Of a stretch of 64,000 bases of DNA, positions 17,442-27,339 are shown piece after piece. The position numbers and the translations under genes were made by a program. This stretch comes from a virus. Numbering within the stretch: position 1 is the first letter of the stretch; each line of letters opens with the position of its first letter. The stretch lies in IMG/VR virus record IMGVR_UViG_3300046779_001442, positions 1 through 64,000 of that record, one strand, 5' to 3'. The notes below the pieces were generated by a model. That model made no database searches and had not been told where the DNA came from. It was given only the letters and a program-made list of their open reading frames with translations.

Positions 17442-17897
17442 ATGGCTGCACAAAATATAGACGGTACCACTGACGGAAGTGGTGTATTTAATACAAAGGT
17501 TCCAGGATATGAAGATCCTGCCGATATTCAGGCTGCCCTGAAGCTTTTCTTGTATGGCTCAACAACGTTCAACCCAGCAGCACCAGATGCAATAAATAAT
17601 TTGCCAAATCCATCTATTGCTAGATATATAAAGGTTATGCAGGATGAAATAAACGCACTTGAGGCAGCAGGTATTGGCTCTACATATGGTTCAGAACCAG
17701 TCTCCCCACAACTTGGATATCTATGGATGTCTTCAGCAGACTCTACACTAATTCCAACTGCTGCAGTGTCAATTTATCAATCAACAGAGCCAACAAATGG
17801 TTTGTCAAATGGACTTCTGTGGATAGACAATAGCGGATCTACACCAGTTCTTAAAGTTTATGATGGAACAACAGAGACATGGAGGGTAGTTGGCTAA
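17442..17897 (+). CDS. Putative tail fibre-associated protein
   Basis: P-x3-G-x-LW-x-D...LKVYDG-x3-W fibre motifs. Confidence 0.65.
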   Translation: MAAQNIDGTTDGSGVFNTKVPGYEDPADIQAALKLFLYGSTTFNPAAPDAINNLPNPSIARYIKVMQDEINALEAAGIGSTYGSEPVSPQLGYLWMSSADSTLIPTAAVSIYQSTEPTNGLSNGLLWIDNSGSTPVLKVYDGTTETWRVVG

Positions 17898-18544
17898 TGG
17901 CAAATATTAGTTCAGATGCAAAAGTTGCATATTTATTTGACGGAACAAATTGGAGACCAATTGCAGGTGCAGGAACTGTAAACCCATCTGCAGACTACCA
18001 GTGGACTGGAGACCATACATACTCATCCGAGTCAGTAGTAACATTTGAAACAGTTGTTAAGAATAAAGCAGGTATAAATAACTTTGCAAATCCAGCAGCT
18101 CGTGATCTAGCACTTTCATCTCCAGTAACTGGTCTTGTTGCATTTGTTGCACAGTCAGAAGATGGCTCAACAATTAATGACATACAATTTTATGATGGAA
18201 CAAGATGGCGTTCATCAAATGATTCAGCAATTCTTGTATCTCCTTCTATTGTTGCAAATGCATATACTCTTGTACCTGCAGATGCAGGAAATAGTTTGAA
18301 GATTACTGATACAACCGATACAACTATTTATATTCCAGAAAATGCTTCGAATTCATTCAAGATTGGCCAAAAGATTGAGGTTCTTAGATTAGGAACTGGA
18401 AATGTTTCTATAGCACCACTAACTGGTGCAGTAACCCTAAATAGTAAAAATGGAAATAGAAAGATCGCTTCTCAGTATTCTGGTGCAGTATTAACTAAGA
18501 TTGATACGAACTCTTGGCTACTCATCGGTGATTTGACGGCATAG
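17897..18544 (+). CDS. Putative tail fibre protein
   Basis: Its C-terminal domain (...QYSGAVLTK...W-x3-GDLTA) is paralogous to the C-terminus of 23459-25114. Confidence 0.7.
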   Translation: MANISSDAKVAYLFDGTNWRPIAGAGTVNPSADYQWTGDHTYSSESVVTFETVVKNKAGINNFANPAARDLALSSPVTGLVAFVAQSEDGSTINDIQFYDGTRWRSSNDSAILVSPSIVANAYTLVPADAGNSLKITDTTDTTIYIPENASNSFKIGQKIEVLRLGTGNVSIAPLTGAVTLNSKNGNRKIASQYSGAVLTKIDTNSWLLIGDLTA

Positions 18545-18552
18545 GTGGATAG

Positions 18553-19032
18553 ATGCTAGGTTCATTCGGTTTATGGGCATCTTCCAAGGGTATGAAAGTA
18601 GTTTCAAACCTTGTAGGACAGACTCGTGATGCAGCAAAATCTCAGATTGTGTCTGACGGCTTTATTGTAGGAACCGAAACACCACAGAACTTTACTAATT
18701 CATCTGATGAAGACAAACATGACAAGATTGTAGATCAAACACCAGATGCTGGAGTTTCTGCACAATACGAGTCTCCAGTAGATTTGGTTTATGGAGTCTT
18801 TAGCTTCTCTGTATTTGGAGTTTTTGGATTCTTTAGTGTGTTTAACTTCTTCAGCGTATTTAATTTCTTTAGCGTATTTAATTTCTTTAGTGTATTTGGC
18901 TTCTTTAGCGTGTTTAGCTTCTTTTCCGTATTCGGATTTGCCTTCTCAGTATTTAGCTTCTTCTCCGTATTTGGATTCTCGTTCTCAGTGTTTAACTTTA
19001 CGCCAACATTCTCAGTATTTGGATTTAGATAG
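18553..19032 (+). CDS. PASTA-like domain protein with Phe-rich FFSVF(G/N) repeat tail
   Basis: V-x-NLVG-x-T-x2-AA...GF-x-V...IVDQTP-x-AG...VDL is PASTA-like. About 75 C-terminal residues are F/S/V/G/N repeats ending FSVFGFR. Confidence 0.75.
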   Translation: MLGSFGLWASSKGMKVVSNLVGQTRDAAKSQIVSDGFIVGTETPQNFTNSSDEDKHDKIVDQTPDAGVSAQYESPVDLVYGVFSFSVFGVFGFFSVFNFFSVFNFFSVFNFFSVFGFFSVFSFFSVFGFAFSVFSFFSVFGFSFSVFNFTPTFSVFGFR

Positions 19033-19585
19033 CATCAATATATCTCACGTAAGAGATATCGCTATAGTTTCCACCAAATCGCTTTATGTCGTCAATTGCT
19101 GTTCTTTTTCCAGGGGCAGGAGAGTGAATCATCTTGCCATTTCCAATGTATATACCAACGTGGTACGCCTTTGAACTATTTTCATAATGGAATGCAACAA
19201 TGTCTCCAATAGCAGGTTCTGATACCTTATCTCCGCCAAGGGCCTGAGCAGTTGCTCTATGTTCTAAGCTAATGCCAAGTTGCTCATAGAACCACATGGT
19301 GAGGCCAGAGCAGTCCCATCCAGACGGAGTATGACCAGAAAATACATAGTATGTTTTGTTAACATATTTCTCTAGTTTAGATATTGCATTAGATATCTTT
19401 TTTGAATTTGCAGCTTTTTCAGCCTTCTTAATACTATCTGCTAAAAGCTTTTGTGCTTTTACAGAATCATATTCTGTTACGTATTCGTAACGAACTGGAT
19501 CTTCAGCTTTAGCTGGGGCTATAGAAGTTGTTAGTAAAAGTAATGTAGATGTGGCAAAGCCAGCAATTTTAATAGTTTTATTCAT
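19025..19585 (-). CDS. Secreted NlpC/P60 cell-wall peptidase
   Basis: Signal peptide (AKA site), YVFSG-x-TP-x-GWDCSG, GDIVAF, HVGIYIGNGKMIH. Confidence 0.95.
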   Translation of the reverse strand: MNKTIKIAGFATSTLLLLTTSIAPAKAEDPVRYEYVTEYDSVKAQKLLADSIKKAEKAANSKKISNAISKLEKYVNKTYYVFSGHTPSGWDCSGLTMWFYEQLGISLEHRATAQALGGDKVSEPAIGDIVAFHYENSSKAYHVGIYIGNGKMIHSPAPGKRTAIDDIKRFGGNYSDISYVRYIDAI

Positions 19586-19821
19586 AAAACTACCTCCTTA
19601 TTTTTTATGTTGTTACGACCCCTGTCACAGGTCCTGGCAGACAATATTCTTTACAGCTGTAGCCTTGAATATACTTGTCTATAGTCTCTCACGATTGTCA
19701 CGTTGTTGTCACTCTGCTTGATCATTTTTGCCTATATGAACAAAAAGTACCCCGAAAGGTACCATTAGATTATAACATGTTTTTGCCTCTTTTTCAACAA
19801 CAAGTCTGGTATACTATTGTT

Positions 19822-20334
19822 ATGGCAACTGGAAGATCCAACAACTACAACCTACCCTTCCCACTAGCAGCAGATGCTGTTAATGTGCATGGAGACATAA
19901 AAAGCCTAACGGAAAGGCTAGATGCTGTGTTGCCACAAGCATCTTATGTAGATATTCCAGTAAAAAATGTATCTTCTGATATTATTCCTGCAGGATACCC
20001 AGTAACAATAACTGGGCATGACGGAACTAACGTATTGGTTGCAAAAGCAACAGCATCAACTACAACATCTATCTTAGGCTTAACAAGGACAGAAATTCTT
20101 GTTTCAGCTACAGGAGTTGTTGTTGTAGCTGGTGTCATAAACTCAATTAATACATCTTCATATAATCCAGGAGACATACTTTATGTTGCTCAAAACGGTG
20201 GGTTGACAAGTCAGAATGATGGAACCCAAGGAACTGCAATTGCAACAGTTGTTTATCCAGCAGTTAGTGGAGCGATTATTGTTGGCTCTAAATCAAATGC
20301 AACATGGGGATCACTTAAAGCTGGTCTTTCATAA
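19822..20334 (+). CDS. Putative virion protein (capsid-fibre-like)
   Basis: Leaderless ATG after TGGTATACT; G-x-V-x3-G...GD-x-LYV-x3-GGLT motif. Confidence 0.6.
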   Translation: MATGRSNNYNLPFPLAADAVNVHGDIKSLTERLDAVLPQASYVDIPVKNVSSDIIPAGYPVTITGHDGTNVLVAKATASTTTSILGLTRTEILVSATGVVVVAGVINSINTSSYNPGDILYVAQNGGLTSQNDGTQGTAIATVVYPAVSGAIIVGSKSNATWGSLKAGLS

Positions 20335-20354
20335 TTTAATGATATAATAAAACT

Positions 20355-20756
20355 ATGGCCGTTCTTCGTACAACAACTACTACTTCAACTCAGGCAGTAA
20401 ATGATGCTGGTGAGATTGAGGTCGGTGCTACCCCACCAGTTATTAGATGGACCGTTGTAAAGGGTGACTATGCGTCATTTAGATGTTATGTAGAAGATGA
20501 CAGTGGAACCCCAATTGACCCAACTCTTTATGCCATTAAGGCAGATTTTAGACGTGGAACAGAAAAGCTATTCCATGTAACACCTACAAAAACTGAATTT
20601 GACAATGCTGGAGAGTTTACAGTAGTTCTATTGCCAGCAGAGTGTAAACAGCTACAGACTGGTGATGTATTTGACGTTCAGCTCTCCGATGCTGTCGTAG
20701 TTTGGACGGTATGCCGTGGAATTATGACTGTAATCGCAGAGGTAACTGATCGATAA
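20355..20756 (+). CDS. Virion structural protein (BppU-like)
   Basis: WTVVKGD...FDVQL...WTVCRG; paralogous to 15378. Confidence 0.65.
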   Translation: MAVLRTTTTTSTQAVNDAGEIEVGATPPVIRWTVVKGDYASFRCYVEDDSGTPIDPTLYAIKADFRRGTEKLFHVTPTKTEFDNAGEFTVVLLPAECKQLQTGDVFDVQLSDAVVVWTVCRGIMTVIAEVTDR

Positions 20757-21016
20757 TGGCACTAACAAATATTCTAGAGTACACAGACAATCTTCTTTTA
20801 ATTCAAAGAACCCTAAACCCTATTGCTGAGGTTGATGGAATAGACTATGTTAATTTTGTAAATGCTAAAAATGTAAAATATGTTTCTAGAATAGATGTTG
20901 TTGAGCATCTGCCATTTAGGGTAAGATTTTCTGGAATTGGGCTAGACACGTATGAGCGTGGAAATCCAGCTGGAGTGGGCATAGCTATTATTGGATATAG
21001 CAACTACATTCTTTAA
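20756..21016 (+). CDS. Hypothetical protein
   Basis: 86 aa, TAATG coupling. Confidence 0.7.
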   Translation: MALTNILEYTDNLLLIQRTLNPIAEVDGIDYVNFVNAKNVKYVSRIDVVEHLPFRVRFSGIGLDTYERGNPAGVGIAIIGYSNYIL

Positions 21017-21045
21017 AATGCTTAAATATACTGTATAATATAAAC

Positions 21046-21492
21046 ATGGCTAGAACTACAATCCCTGCAGTAAAAACACTTTTTGAAACTGGAGATCGTC
21101 CTACTCAGAGTGATTACGAGGCATTAATTGACACATCTACAGCTCAGGCAACTGATCTTGGAACATTTGGCAATAATGAAAACACAATTACAGGCATTGA
21201 GAGCTCAACAATTGTTGACAGCTTCGATGCAACTGCATGGAGAATGATCAAGTATCTTGTTTCAATTTCTAAAGTAACAAACGGAGATAACAAGTTCTAT
21301 GCAACAGAGTTGACCGTCCTTTGTGATGCTGATGATATCAGTGTTACAGAATACGGAACAATTGACAATGATGGGAATATGGGCACCGTTAGCGTCTCTC
21401 GCACTGGAAATACAGTCAGTTTGGTTGTAACTCCAGATGCAATAATTCGACCAGTTACTGTACGTTTTGCACGTATGGGACTTAAGGCGTAA
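21046..21492 (+). CDS. Putative virion protein
   Basis: FETGD-x-PT-x2-D-x3-LID N-terminus. The C-terminal domain (TEYG) resembles that of 21511-22911. Confidence 0.7.
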   Translation: MARTTIPAVKTLFETGDRPTQSDYEALIDTSTAQATDLGTFGNNENTITGIESSTIVDSFDATAWRMIKYLVSISKVTNGDNKFYATELTVLCDADDISVTEYGTIDNDGNMGTVSVSRTGNTVSLVVTPDAIIRPVTVRFARMGLKA

Positions 21493-21510
21493 TATACAAG
21501 GAGATAAAAC

Positions 21511-22911
21511 ATGGCAACAGTCACTAAAGACTTTAAGGTTAAGAGTGGTCTGATTGTTGAAGGTGCTACAGCTACCGTCAATAACCACGATATTCTAACC
21601 AAGAAGCAAGATGACCAAGATTACATTGTCAACCTTATTGGTGGTACAGCAACCTCAGCAAATACTCCAAATACCGTTGTAAAGCGTGACGGAAGTGGAG
21701 ACTTTTCAGCAGGAACTGTAACAGCAGATTTGGTTGGTGACGTAACTGGTAACGTAGTAGGAAACGTAACTGGTGATGTAACTGGTACAGTTTCAAGCTT
21801 GGCAAATCACGACACAGATGATCTTGCAGAAGGAACAAATCTTTACTTTACATCACAGAGAGCAGTAACTGCTAACACTGGTCTCTGGGATAACGTAGGC
21901 TCTGCAGATGCAGCTCAGACAGCAGCACAGGGATATGCAGATGGCGTAGCTCTTACTGCAGAGAATAATGCAAAAGCATATGCAGATGGCCTAGCTACCA
22001 ATTATGATGTAGCAGGAGCTGCAGCAGCTGCACTTACAAGTGCAAACACTTACACTGATACAGCTGTAGCAAACCTAGTTGATTCAGCACCTGCGATGCT
22101 TGACACTCTTAATGAGTTGGCAGCTGCAATTGCTGATAATCCAAACTATGCATCAGATGTAACAAATCTTATTGCAACAAAGGCAGATACAACATATGTA
22201 GATTCTCAGGATTCCGCAACTTTGACATCTGCTAATAGCTATGCTGATGGACTTGCAGTCAACTATGACGTAGCAGGTGCAGCAAGCACAGCTCAGACCA
22301 ATGCAGAGGCATATGCTTCTAACTTGGTCGGACAGGAGGTGATTGACCGTGACGCTGCAATTTCAACTGCTATCAATGCACTTGATACAGACGATATTGA
22401 AGAGGGTACAGTCAATCTATATTTCACAAATCAGAGAGCTATTGATGCCGTAGGTGGAACCATTGGTGACGCTATAGACTTGCTGACAACAGACGACATT
22501 GAAGAGGGAACCTCCAACCTCTACTTTACAGATGCTCGTGCTGTGTCAGCTCTTGAGGCAGTAGTTCCAAACTTTACAGAAATTGATATCAATTCTGTAG
22601 CAACACAGGTTGCAGCTACTCAAACAGTAGCCACTGCAAGCCAGGTAGTTGCACATCAGTTTGCGAACACAACACACCGCTCAGCTGAGTACACAGTTAA
22701 GGTAGCCTATGGAACTCACACAGAGCTTTCAAAGGTAATGATTACACTTGACTCAACAGATAACGTAGCAATTACTGAGTATGCAGTTGTTGGAACTAAT
22801 GGTTCTGCATCAACAATTTCTGCAGATGTAAATGCTGGTAACGTAAGATTACTTGTTACAACAGCTAACAATAACTCTATCGTTACTGTAGTAGGAACAC
22901 TTATCGCTTAA
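21511..22911 (+). CDS. Tail fibre-like protein
   Basis: Three TDD-x2-EG-x(1-2)-NLYFT repeats, AP-x2-LDTLNELA, and A-x2-YADGLA-x-NYD repeats. Confidence 0.8.
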   Translation: MATVTKDFKVKSGLIVEGATATVNNHDILTKKQDDQDYIVNLIGGTATSANTPNTVVKRDGSGDFSAGTVTADLVGDVTGNVVGNVTGDVTGTVSSLANHDTDDLAEGTNLYFTSQRAVTANTGLWDNVGSADAAQTAAQGYADGVALTAENNAKAYADGLATNYDVAGAAAAALTSANTYTDTAVANLVDSAPAMLDTLNELAAAIADNPNYASDVTNLIATKADTTYVDSQDSATLTSANSYADGLAVNYDVAGAASTAQTNAEAYASNLVGQEVIDRDAAISTAINALDTDDIEEGTVNLYFTNQRAIDAVGGTIGDAIDLLTTDDIEEGTSNLYFTDARAVSALEAVVPNFTEIDINSVATQVAATQTVATASQVVAHQFANTTHRSAEYTVKVAYGTHTELSKVMITLDSTDNVAITEYAVVGTNGSASTISADVNAGNVRLLVTTANNNSIVTVVGTLIA

Positions 22912-22933
22912 GATAATTAAAAGGAGTATGTAG

Positions 22934-23395
22934 ATGGCAACAGTAAACAAGGATTTCAAAGTAAAAAACGGAATCCAGGTAGCAGGTAGTGGTGTCTTCG
23001 GTGGCCCAATAGTTGCTGCTGACCCAACTGATGATACACACGTCGTAACACGTGGATATCTTAATGCTAACGCATCTGGCATTACTGTTGCCTCTACTGC
23101 CCCTGAAAATCCAACAGCAGGTAAAATGTGGTTTGATACCACAACAAAAAGAATTAACATCTATGATGAAACTGATGGATGGCTAACTGTAGCAAATGTT
23201 GATGATACTCTCAATTTGACACAGCACATTCACGATACATCTGTGGGTGGAACTGGATTGATCACAACAACATTCCGTGAAGGTGGTTCAATACCAGCAA
23301 GCCCTATGTCTAGTGGAATTGATGGCGGTAGCCCATCATCAACTGAGTTTACACTCATCTTTGATGGTGGATCTGTAACTGATAATTTTAACTAA
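22934..23395 (+). CDS. Putative fibre-associated protein
   Basis: Shares the N-terminus MATV-x-KDFKVK-x-G with 21511 and has DGG repeats. Confidence 0.7.
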   Translation: MATVNKDFKVKNGIQVAGSGVFGGPIVAADPTDDTHVVTRGYLNANASGITVASTAPENPTAGKMWFDTTTKRINIYDETDGWLTVANVDDTLNLTQHIHDTSVGGTGLITTTFREGGSIPASPMSSGIDGGSPSSTEFTLIFDGGSVTDNFN

Positions 23396-23458
23396 AACAT
23401 AGGATATAATATAAGTATTTGGTAGATAAGACTGCCACATAAAGAGGAGCTAAGCAAT

Positions 23459-25114
23459 ATGGCAACAAGAATGCAGCAACGTAGAGGTACAGCAGCACAA
23501 TGGACAGCTGCCAACCCAGTACTTTCAGCTGGTGAAATCGGTTATGAGACCGACACTAATAAGTTTAAGATTGGTGATGGAACCACTAGCTGGTCATCAC
23601 TTAAGTATTTTATGAACCTAGAAGACCTAGATCTTGATACTGAGGGCTTTATAAAGGACGACGAAAAAGGAGCTGCAAATGGTGTTGCCACACTTGACGG
23701 CTCAGCACAAATTCCAGTAAATCAGCTTGCTAACATTATTCAATCAGCTCCAAACACACTAGATACTCTAAACGAGATTGCTTCATCGATTACAGATACT
23801 AATGGTCTTGTCAAGACTGCTATTGCAGATGCAATTGAAACTGCGATGGCCGATGAAATTACTGCTAGAGATGCAGCGATTGCGGTAGAGGCTGCCTCAC
23901 GTCAAACTGCAATATCTGCAGAGGAAGATGCTCGTGATGCTGCTATTTCTACTGCTATTGCACCATTAACTACATCAATCAGTGATTTAACTAGTGATCT
24001 ATCAACTTTGAGCACAAATGTTACAAATCTCACAACAGCTGATGTTGCAGAAGATGCAGCAAATACTTACTTTACTGCAGAAAGAGCACAGGATGCAGTT
24101 GGATCAATTATTATTGGATCCGCTGGAATCGTTTCAGTATATGATGACGAAGCAGCAACAATTACAATTTCAGCAGATGCTACAATTGCAACTGCAACAG
24201 GTTTATCAACAGCAATTTCAGACCACAATTCTGACACAACAAATGTGCATGGTATTACTGACACAGCAGAGCTAGAGACACAAACAGGTGCCCAGGCAAA
24301 AGCAGATAATGCACAATCGGCTGCAGAGGATTATGCAGATGGTCTTGCTGTAAATTATGATGCTGCAGGTGCAGCAGCAGCTGCTCAGACAGCAGCAGAA
24401 GCTACAGCAGCTTCCCTATATGCTACTAAGGTAAACGCTGCAATTACTGGAAGTGCTACAGCAGAAAACCTTACAATTACTGGAGACCTAGTTGTCCAGG
24501 GTACAACGACAACAGTTGCTGCAACTAACCTTGAGGTTACAGACTCCTTAATTTATCTTGCTGCAGAGCAGTTTGATACAGACACTCTTGACATAGGTAT
24601 TTTTGGTGCATATGGAGATGTGCAAACAGGACACTTCCACACAGGTATCTTGCGTGACGCAACTGACGGAAAGTGGAAGCTAGTTTCAAATGCTCCAGAG
24701 CCAACAGATAGTCACGTAGACTTTACTAATGCTAACTATGATACACTAAAGCTTGGCGGAGTTGAGTTTGCAGATGGCATTCAAACAAAGCAGGGAGTTC
24801 CATCAATAACACCAATCTCTCAAAAGACAGCATCATACACACTTTCAGACCTATCTGAGCGTGATTCTCTTATTGAAGTTGGATCTTCTTCTGCAACTAC
24901 ACTTACAATCCCTTCAGATTCAGCAGTAGACTACCCAGTAGGCACTACTCTTGATATTCTTCAGACATCAACAGGTCAAGTAACAATTGCTGGAGATACT
25001 GGTGTTACAGTAAATGCAACACCTGGACTCAAGTTGCGTACACAATGGTCTTCAGCTACTCTGATGAAGAGAGCAGCAAACACATGGGTTGTCTACGGCG
25101 ACCTTACAGCTTAA
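23459..25114 (+). CDS. Tail fibre with major-tropism-determinant-type N-terminal domain
   Basis: MQQRRGTAAQWTAANPVLSAGEIGYETDTNKFKIGDG-x3-W-x2-L-x-Y, plus LDTLNEIA. Confidence 0.85.
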   Translation: MATRMQQRRGTAAQWTAANPVLSAGEIGYETDTNKFKIGDGTTSWSSLKYFMNLEDLDLDTEGFIKDDEKGAANGVATLDGSAQIPVNQLANIIQSAPNTLDTLNEIASSITDTNGLVKTAIADAIETAMADEITARDAAIAVEAASRQTAISAEEDARDAAISTAIAPLTTSISDLTSDLSTLSTNVTNLTTADVAEDAANTYFTAERAQDAVGSIIIGSAGIVSVYDDEAATITISADATIATATGLSTAISDHNSDTTNVHGITDTAELETQTGAQAKADNAQSAAEDYADGLAVNYDAAGAAAAAQTAAEATAASLYATKVNAAITGSATAENLTITGDLVVQGTTTTVAATNLEVTDSLIYLAAEQFDTDTLDIGIFGAYGDVQTGHFHTGILRDATDGKWKLVSNAPEPTDSHVDFTNANYDTLKLGGVEFADGIQTKQGVPSITPISQKTASYTLSDLSERDSLIEVGSSSATTLTIPSDSAVDYPVGTTLDILQTSTGQVTIAGDTGVTVNATPGLKLRTQWSSATLMKRAANTWVVYGDLTA

Positions 25115-25134
25115 TAGAAAACGAGGAATAAGAT

Positions 25135-25962
25135 ATGGCAGCAGGTAAAAGAGCAGGTAGACACTCTCAGCAGTCAAATGACTTTTTAGAGCCACATGCA
25201 CCAGTTAACGTAGGTGCAACAGATGTTGGAACTAACAGAGCATACAATGACGGTGCTGCCACAGTAACTTTTGAGTTGCCTGCTAACTCACCAGCTGCAA
25301 CATCGTATACAGTAACAGCAACACCTACCGCAGGTGGCTCTTCAATGACTGCATCTGGATCTTCTTCTCCAATCACAGTATCTGGACTTGCGTCTGACAC
25401 TGGATATTCAATTTCTGTGACTGCATCTAACGCTTCTGGATCTTCAGCTGCATCATCTTCAGTTTCTATTACTGCAACAACCGTTCCAGCTGCACCTACT
25501 AGTGTCAGTGCGTCATCTCCAAGCGGTGCATCATATGATACAGTATCTTGGTCTGCACCAGCCAATGGTGGCAAAGCAATTACTAATTATTACATCACTT
25601 CTGATGATGGAAAGTCTGGAAATACATCTGGAACATCTATAGATATTAGCCAAGAGCAAGGAACTTCTCAAACATATACGGTATATGCTGATAACGCAAA
25701 TGGTAGATCTGCTGCCTCAGCAGCATCTAACCAGGTTTCAACATTTTCCTTTGTGCCATTCTCAGTATTTGGCTTCTTCTCAGTATTTGGATTCTTCTCA
25801 GTATTTGGGTTCTTCTCAGTATTTGGATTCTTCTCAGTATTTGGATTTGTTCCTTTTAGCGTATTTAGCTTCTTTGGAGTATTTGGATTTGGACCATTTG
25901 GAGTGTTCGGATTTATTCCATTTGGAGTTTTCGGATTCTTCGGGGTATTTGGGTTTAGATAA
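25135..25962 (+). CDS. Tandem fibronectin type III protein with Phe-rich FFSVFG repeat tail
   Basis: Two FN3 repeats (SYTVTA...V-x-GL-x4-Y-x3-V-x-A-x-N; VSWSAP-x-NGG-x2-ITNY...Y-x-V-x-A-x-N-x2-G-x-S), then about 70 aa of F/S/V/G/P repeats ending FGVFGFR. Confidence 0.85.
   Translation: MAAGKRAGRHSQQSNDFLEPHAPVNVGATDVGTNRAYNDGAATVTFELPANSPAATSYTVTATPTAGGSSMTASGSSSPITVSGLASDTGYSISVTASNASGSSAASSSVSITATTVPAAPTSVSASSPSGASYDTVSWSAPANGGKAITNYYITSDDGKSGNTSGTSIDISQEQGTSQTYTVYADNANGRSAASAASNQVSTFSFVPFSVFGFFSVFGFFSVFGFFSVFGFFSVFGFVPFSVFSFFGVFGFGPFGVFGFIPFGVFGFFGVFGFR
25756..25848 (+). repeat. 18-bp tandem repeat TTCTTCTCAGTATTTGGN
   Basis: About five near-identical copies encoding FFSVFG. Confidence 0.85.
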
Positions 25963-26013
25963 AAAACAGCTCCTATAGTGTATAATAGTTTTATACATAG
26001 AACGGAGTATGAG

Positions 26014-26673
26014 ATGTATAAAGATCAAACACCTCTGAGAAGCATTAGCAAGACCACTCAGGGACATAAATTCTTTGAACGCTATCTAGATAATGACCTT
26101 GCAAAGCTAACAGAAGAGCTTCAGGCTAGATACGAACTTATTGAACAGGCAAAACTTCCAGGTGTAACACCAGTAAGCCCATTTGAGGCATGGAAAGACT
26201 CTAACAGTATCTCAACAATGAAGTGGAGACAGTATAACGTTTTCCAGTTCCATATCGATGGTATTTATGAATTATATAAAGCCGTTGGAGATATGGTAAG
26301 AGAGGCATGCGAACATTACGAGCTTGACTTTGATGAACAAAAGTTTATGATTCAGGGATGGTTTAATATTAACCACTCTGGCAATGGAAAACTTAATTGG
26401 CATGAGCACGGTGGCCCAGGTGCACCAGATTTTCATGGGTACTATTCTGTAGCTGCAGAACCATCGTCTACACACTATATCGTGTTCGATGACGAGGTAG
26501 AAAATGTTAATAAGAATAATCGTGCCATCTTGTCTGAAATGGGACATCCACATGCAATGGGTGATTGGGACTGGGATGGTCCAAGAATTACAGTAGCATA
26601 TGATGTTACACCTTTAGAGTACCTAAAGCGTGGAGGATCTGCAGTAGAGCAGCACTGGATTCCACTTAGATGA
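26014..26673 (+). CDS. Putative Fe(II)/2OG oxygenase, TIGR02466-like (paralog 1)
   Basis: GWFNIN...WHEH...FHGYY...GHPHA...PRITVAYD: double-stranded beta-helix pattern with HxH...H and a distal Arg. Confidence 0.7.
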   Translation: MYKDQTPLRSISKTTQGHKFFERYLDNDLAKLTEELQARYELIEQAKLPGVTPVSPFEAWKDSNSISTMKWRQYNVFQFHIDGIYELYKAVGDMVREACEHYELDFDEQKFMIQGWFNINHSGNGKLNWHEHGGPGAPDFHGYYSVAAEPSSTHYIVFDDEVENVNKNNRAILSEMGHPHAMGDWDWDGPRITVAYDVTPLEYLKRGGSAVEQHWIPLR

Positions 26674-27338
26674 TTGCAATGACTAAGCCACCGCACAAGT
26701 TCTTTGATCGTTATTTAGATAATGATTTGGAAAGCCTGACACAGTATCTTCTAGAAAAGAGAAAGTGGATATATGAAAACGGCATTGGTGCACCAGAAGA
26801 TGTTTTTAAGGAAAAGCGTGAACGTGGCGATAGCCTAGTTACAATGCTTGGAGACTATTATAATATCTTTACATGGGACAATCCAGCTATTAAAGAGCTC
26901 TACGATGGCTTAGTCATCACAACAAAAGAAGCATGCGATTACTATGGAATAGACTTTGACAAAGCTGATTACCATATTTGCGGATGGTTTAATGTAAATG
27001 AAAATGGTACAGTTTACTCTGGAGAGTCTCCTTTAGATCATCCAGAATGGTTTCACGATCACATGCATGGCATAGGGGCTCCAGTATTTCATGGATACTA
27101 CTGTGTGAACGCAGAGCCTTCATCCACCTACTATCATATAAATAAAGATAGAAACAATTTGTTTGAAAATGTCAATAAAAACAATAGGCTTGTAGTTTCA
27201 GAAACTGGTCATCCACACGCAATTGACAATTGGTCTTGGGATGGTCCAAGAATTACTATTGCCTATGACATTAGTCCAAAGAACAAGGATTTTATTAATC
27301 ATGATTTTGTTGGAAGCCATTGGATAAAGTTGGGATAG
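26670..27338 (+). CDS. Putative Fe(II)/2OG oxygenase (paralog 2)
   Basis: GWFNVN...FHDH...FHGYY...GHPHA...PRITIAYD. Confidence 0.7.
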   Translation: MIAMTKPPHKFFDRYLDNDLESLTQYLLEKRKWIYENGIGAPEDVFKEKRERGDSLVTMLGDYYNIFTWDNPAIKELYDGLVITTKEACDYYGIDFDKADYHICGWFNVNENGTVYSGESPLDHPEWFHDHMHGIGAPVFHGYYCVNAEPSSTYYHINKDRNNLFENVNKNNRLVVSETGHPHAIDNWSWDGPRITIAYDISPKNKDFINHDFVGSHWIKLG

Positions 27339-27339
27339 T

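Noticed and set aside
19586-19780. c-di-AMP or c-di-GMP riboswitch call
   Set aside because: There is only vague similarity (GGCAAA, CTGCCAG) and the conserved cores cannot be matched, so it is kept as an unassigned structured leader.
23459-25962. Diversity-generating retroelement suggested by the Mtd-like N-terminal domain
   Set aside because: No reverse transcriptase is present and there is no template/variable repeat pair differing at adenines. The two Phe-repeat tracts differ mainly at synonymous positions.
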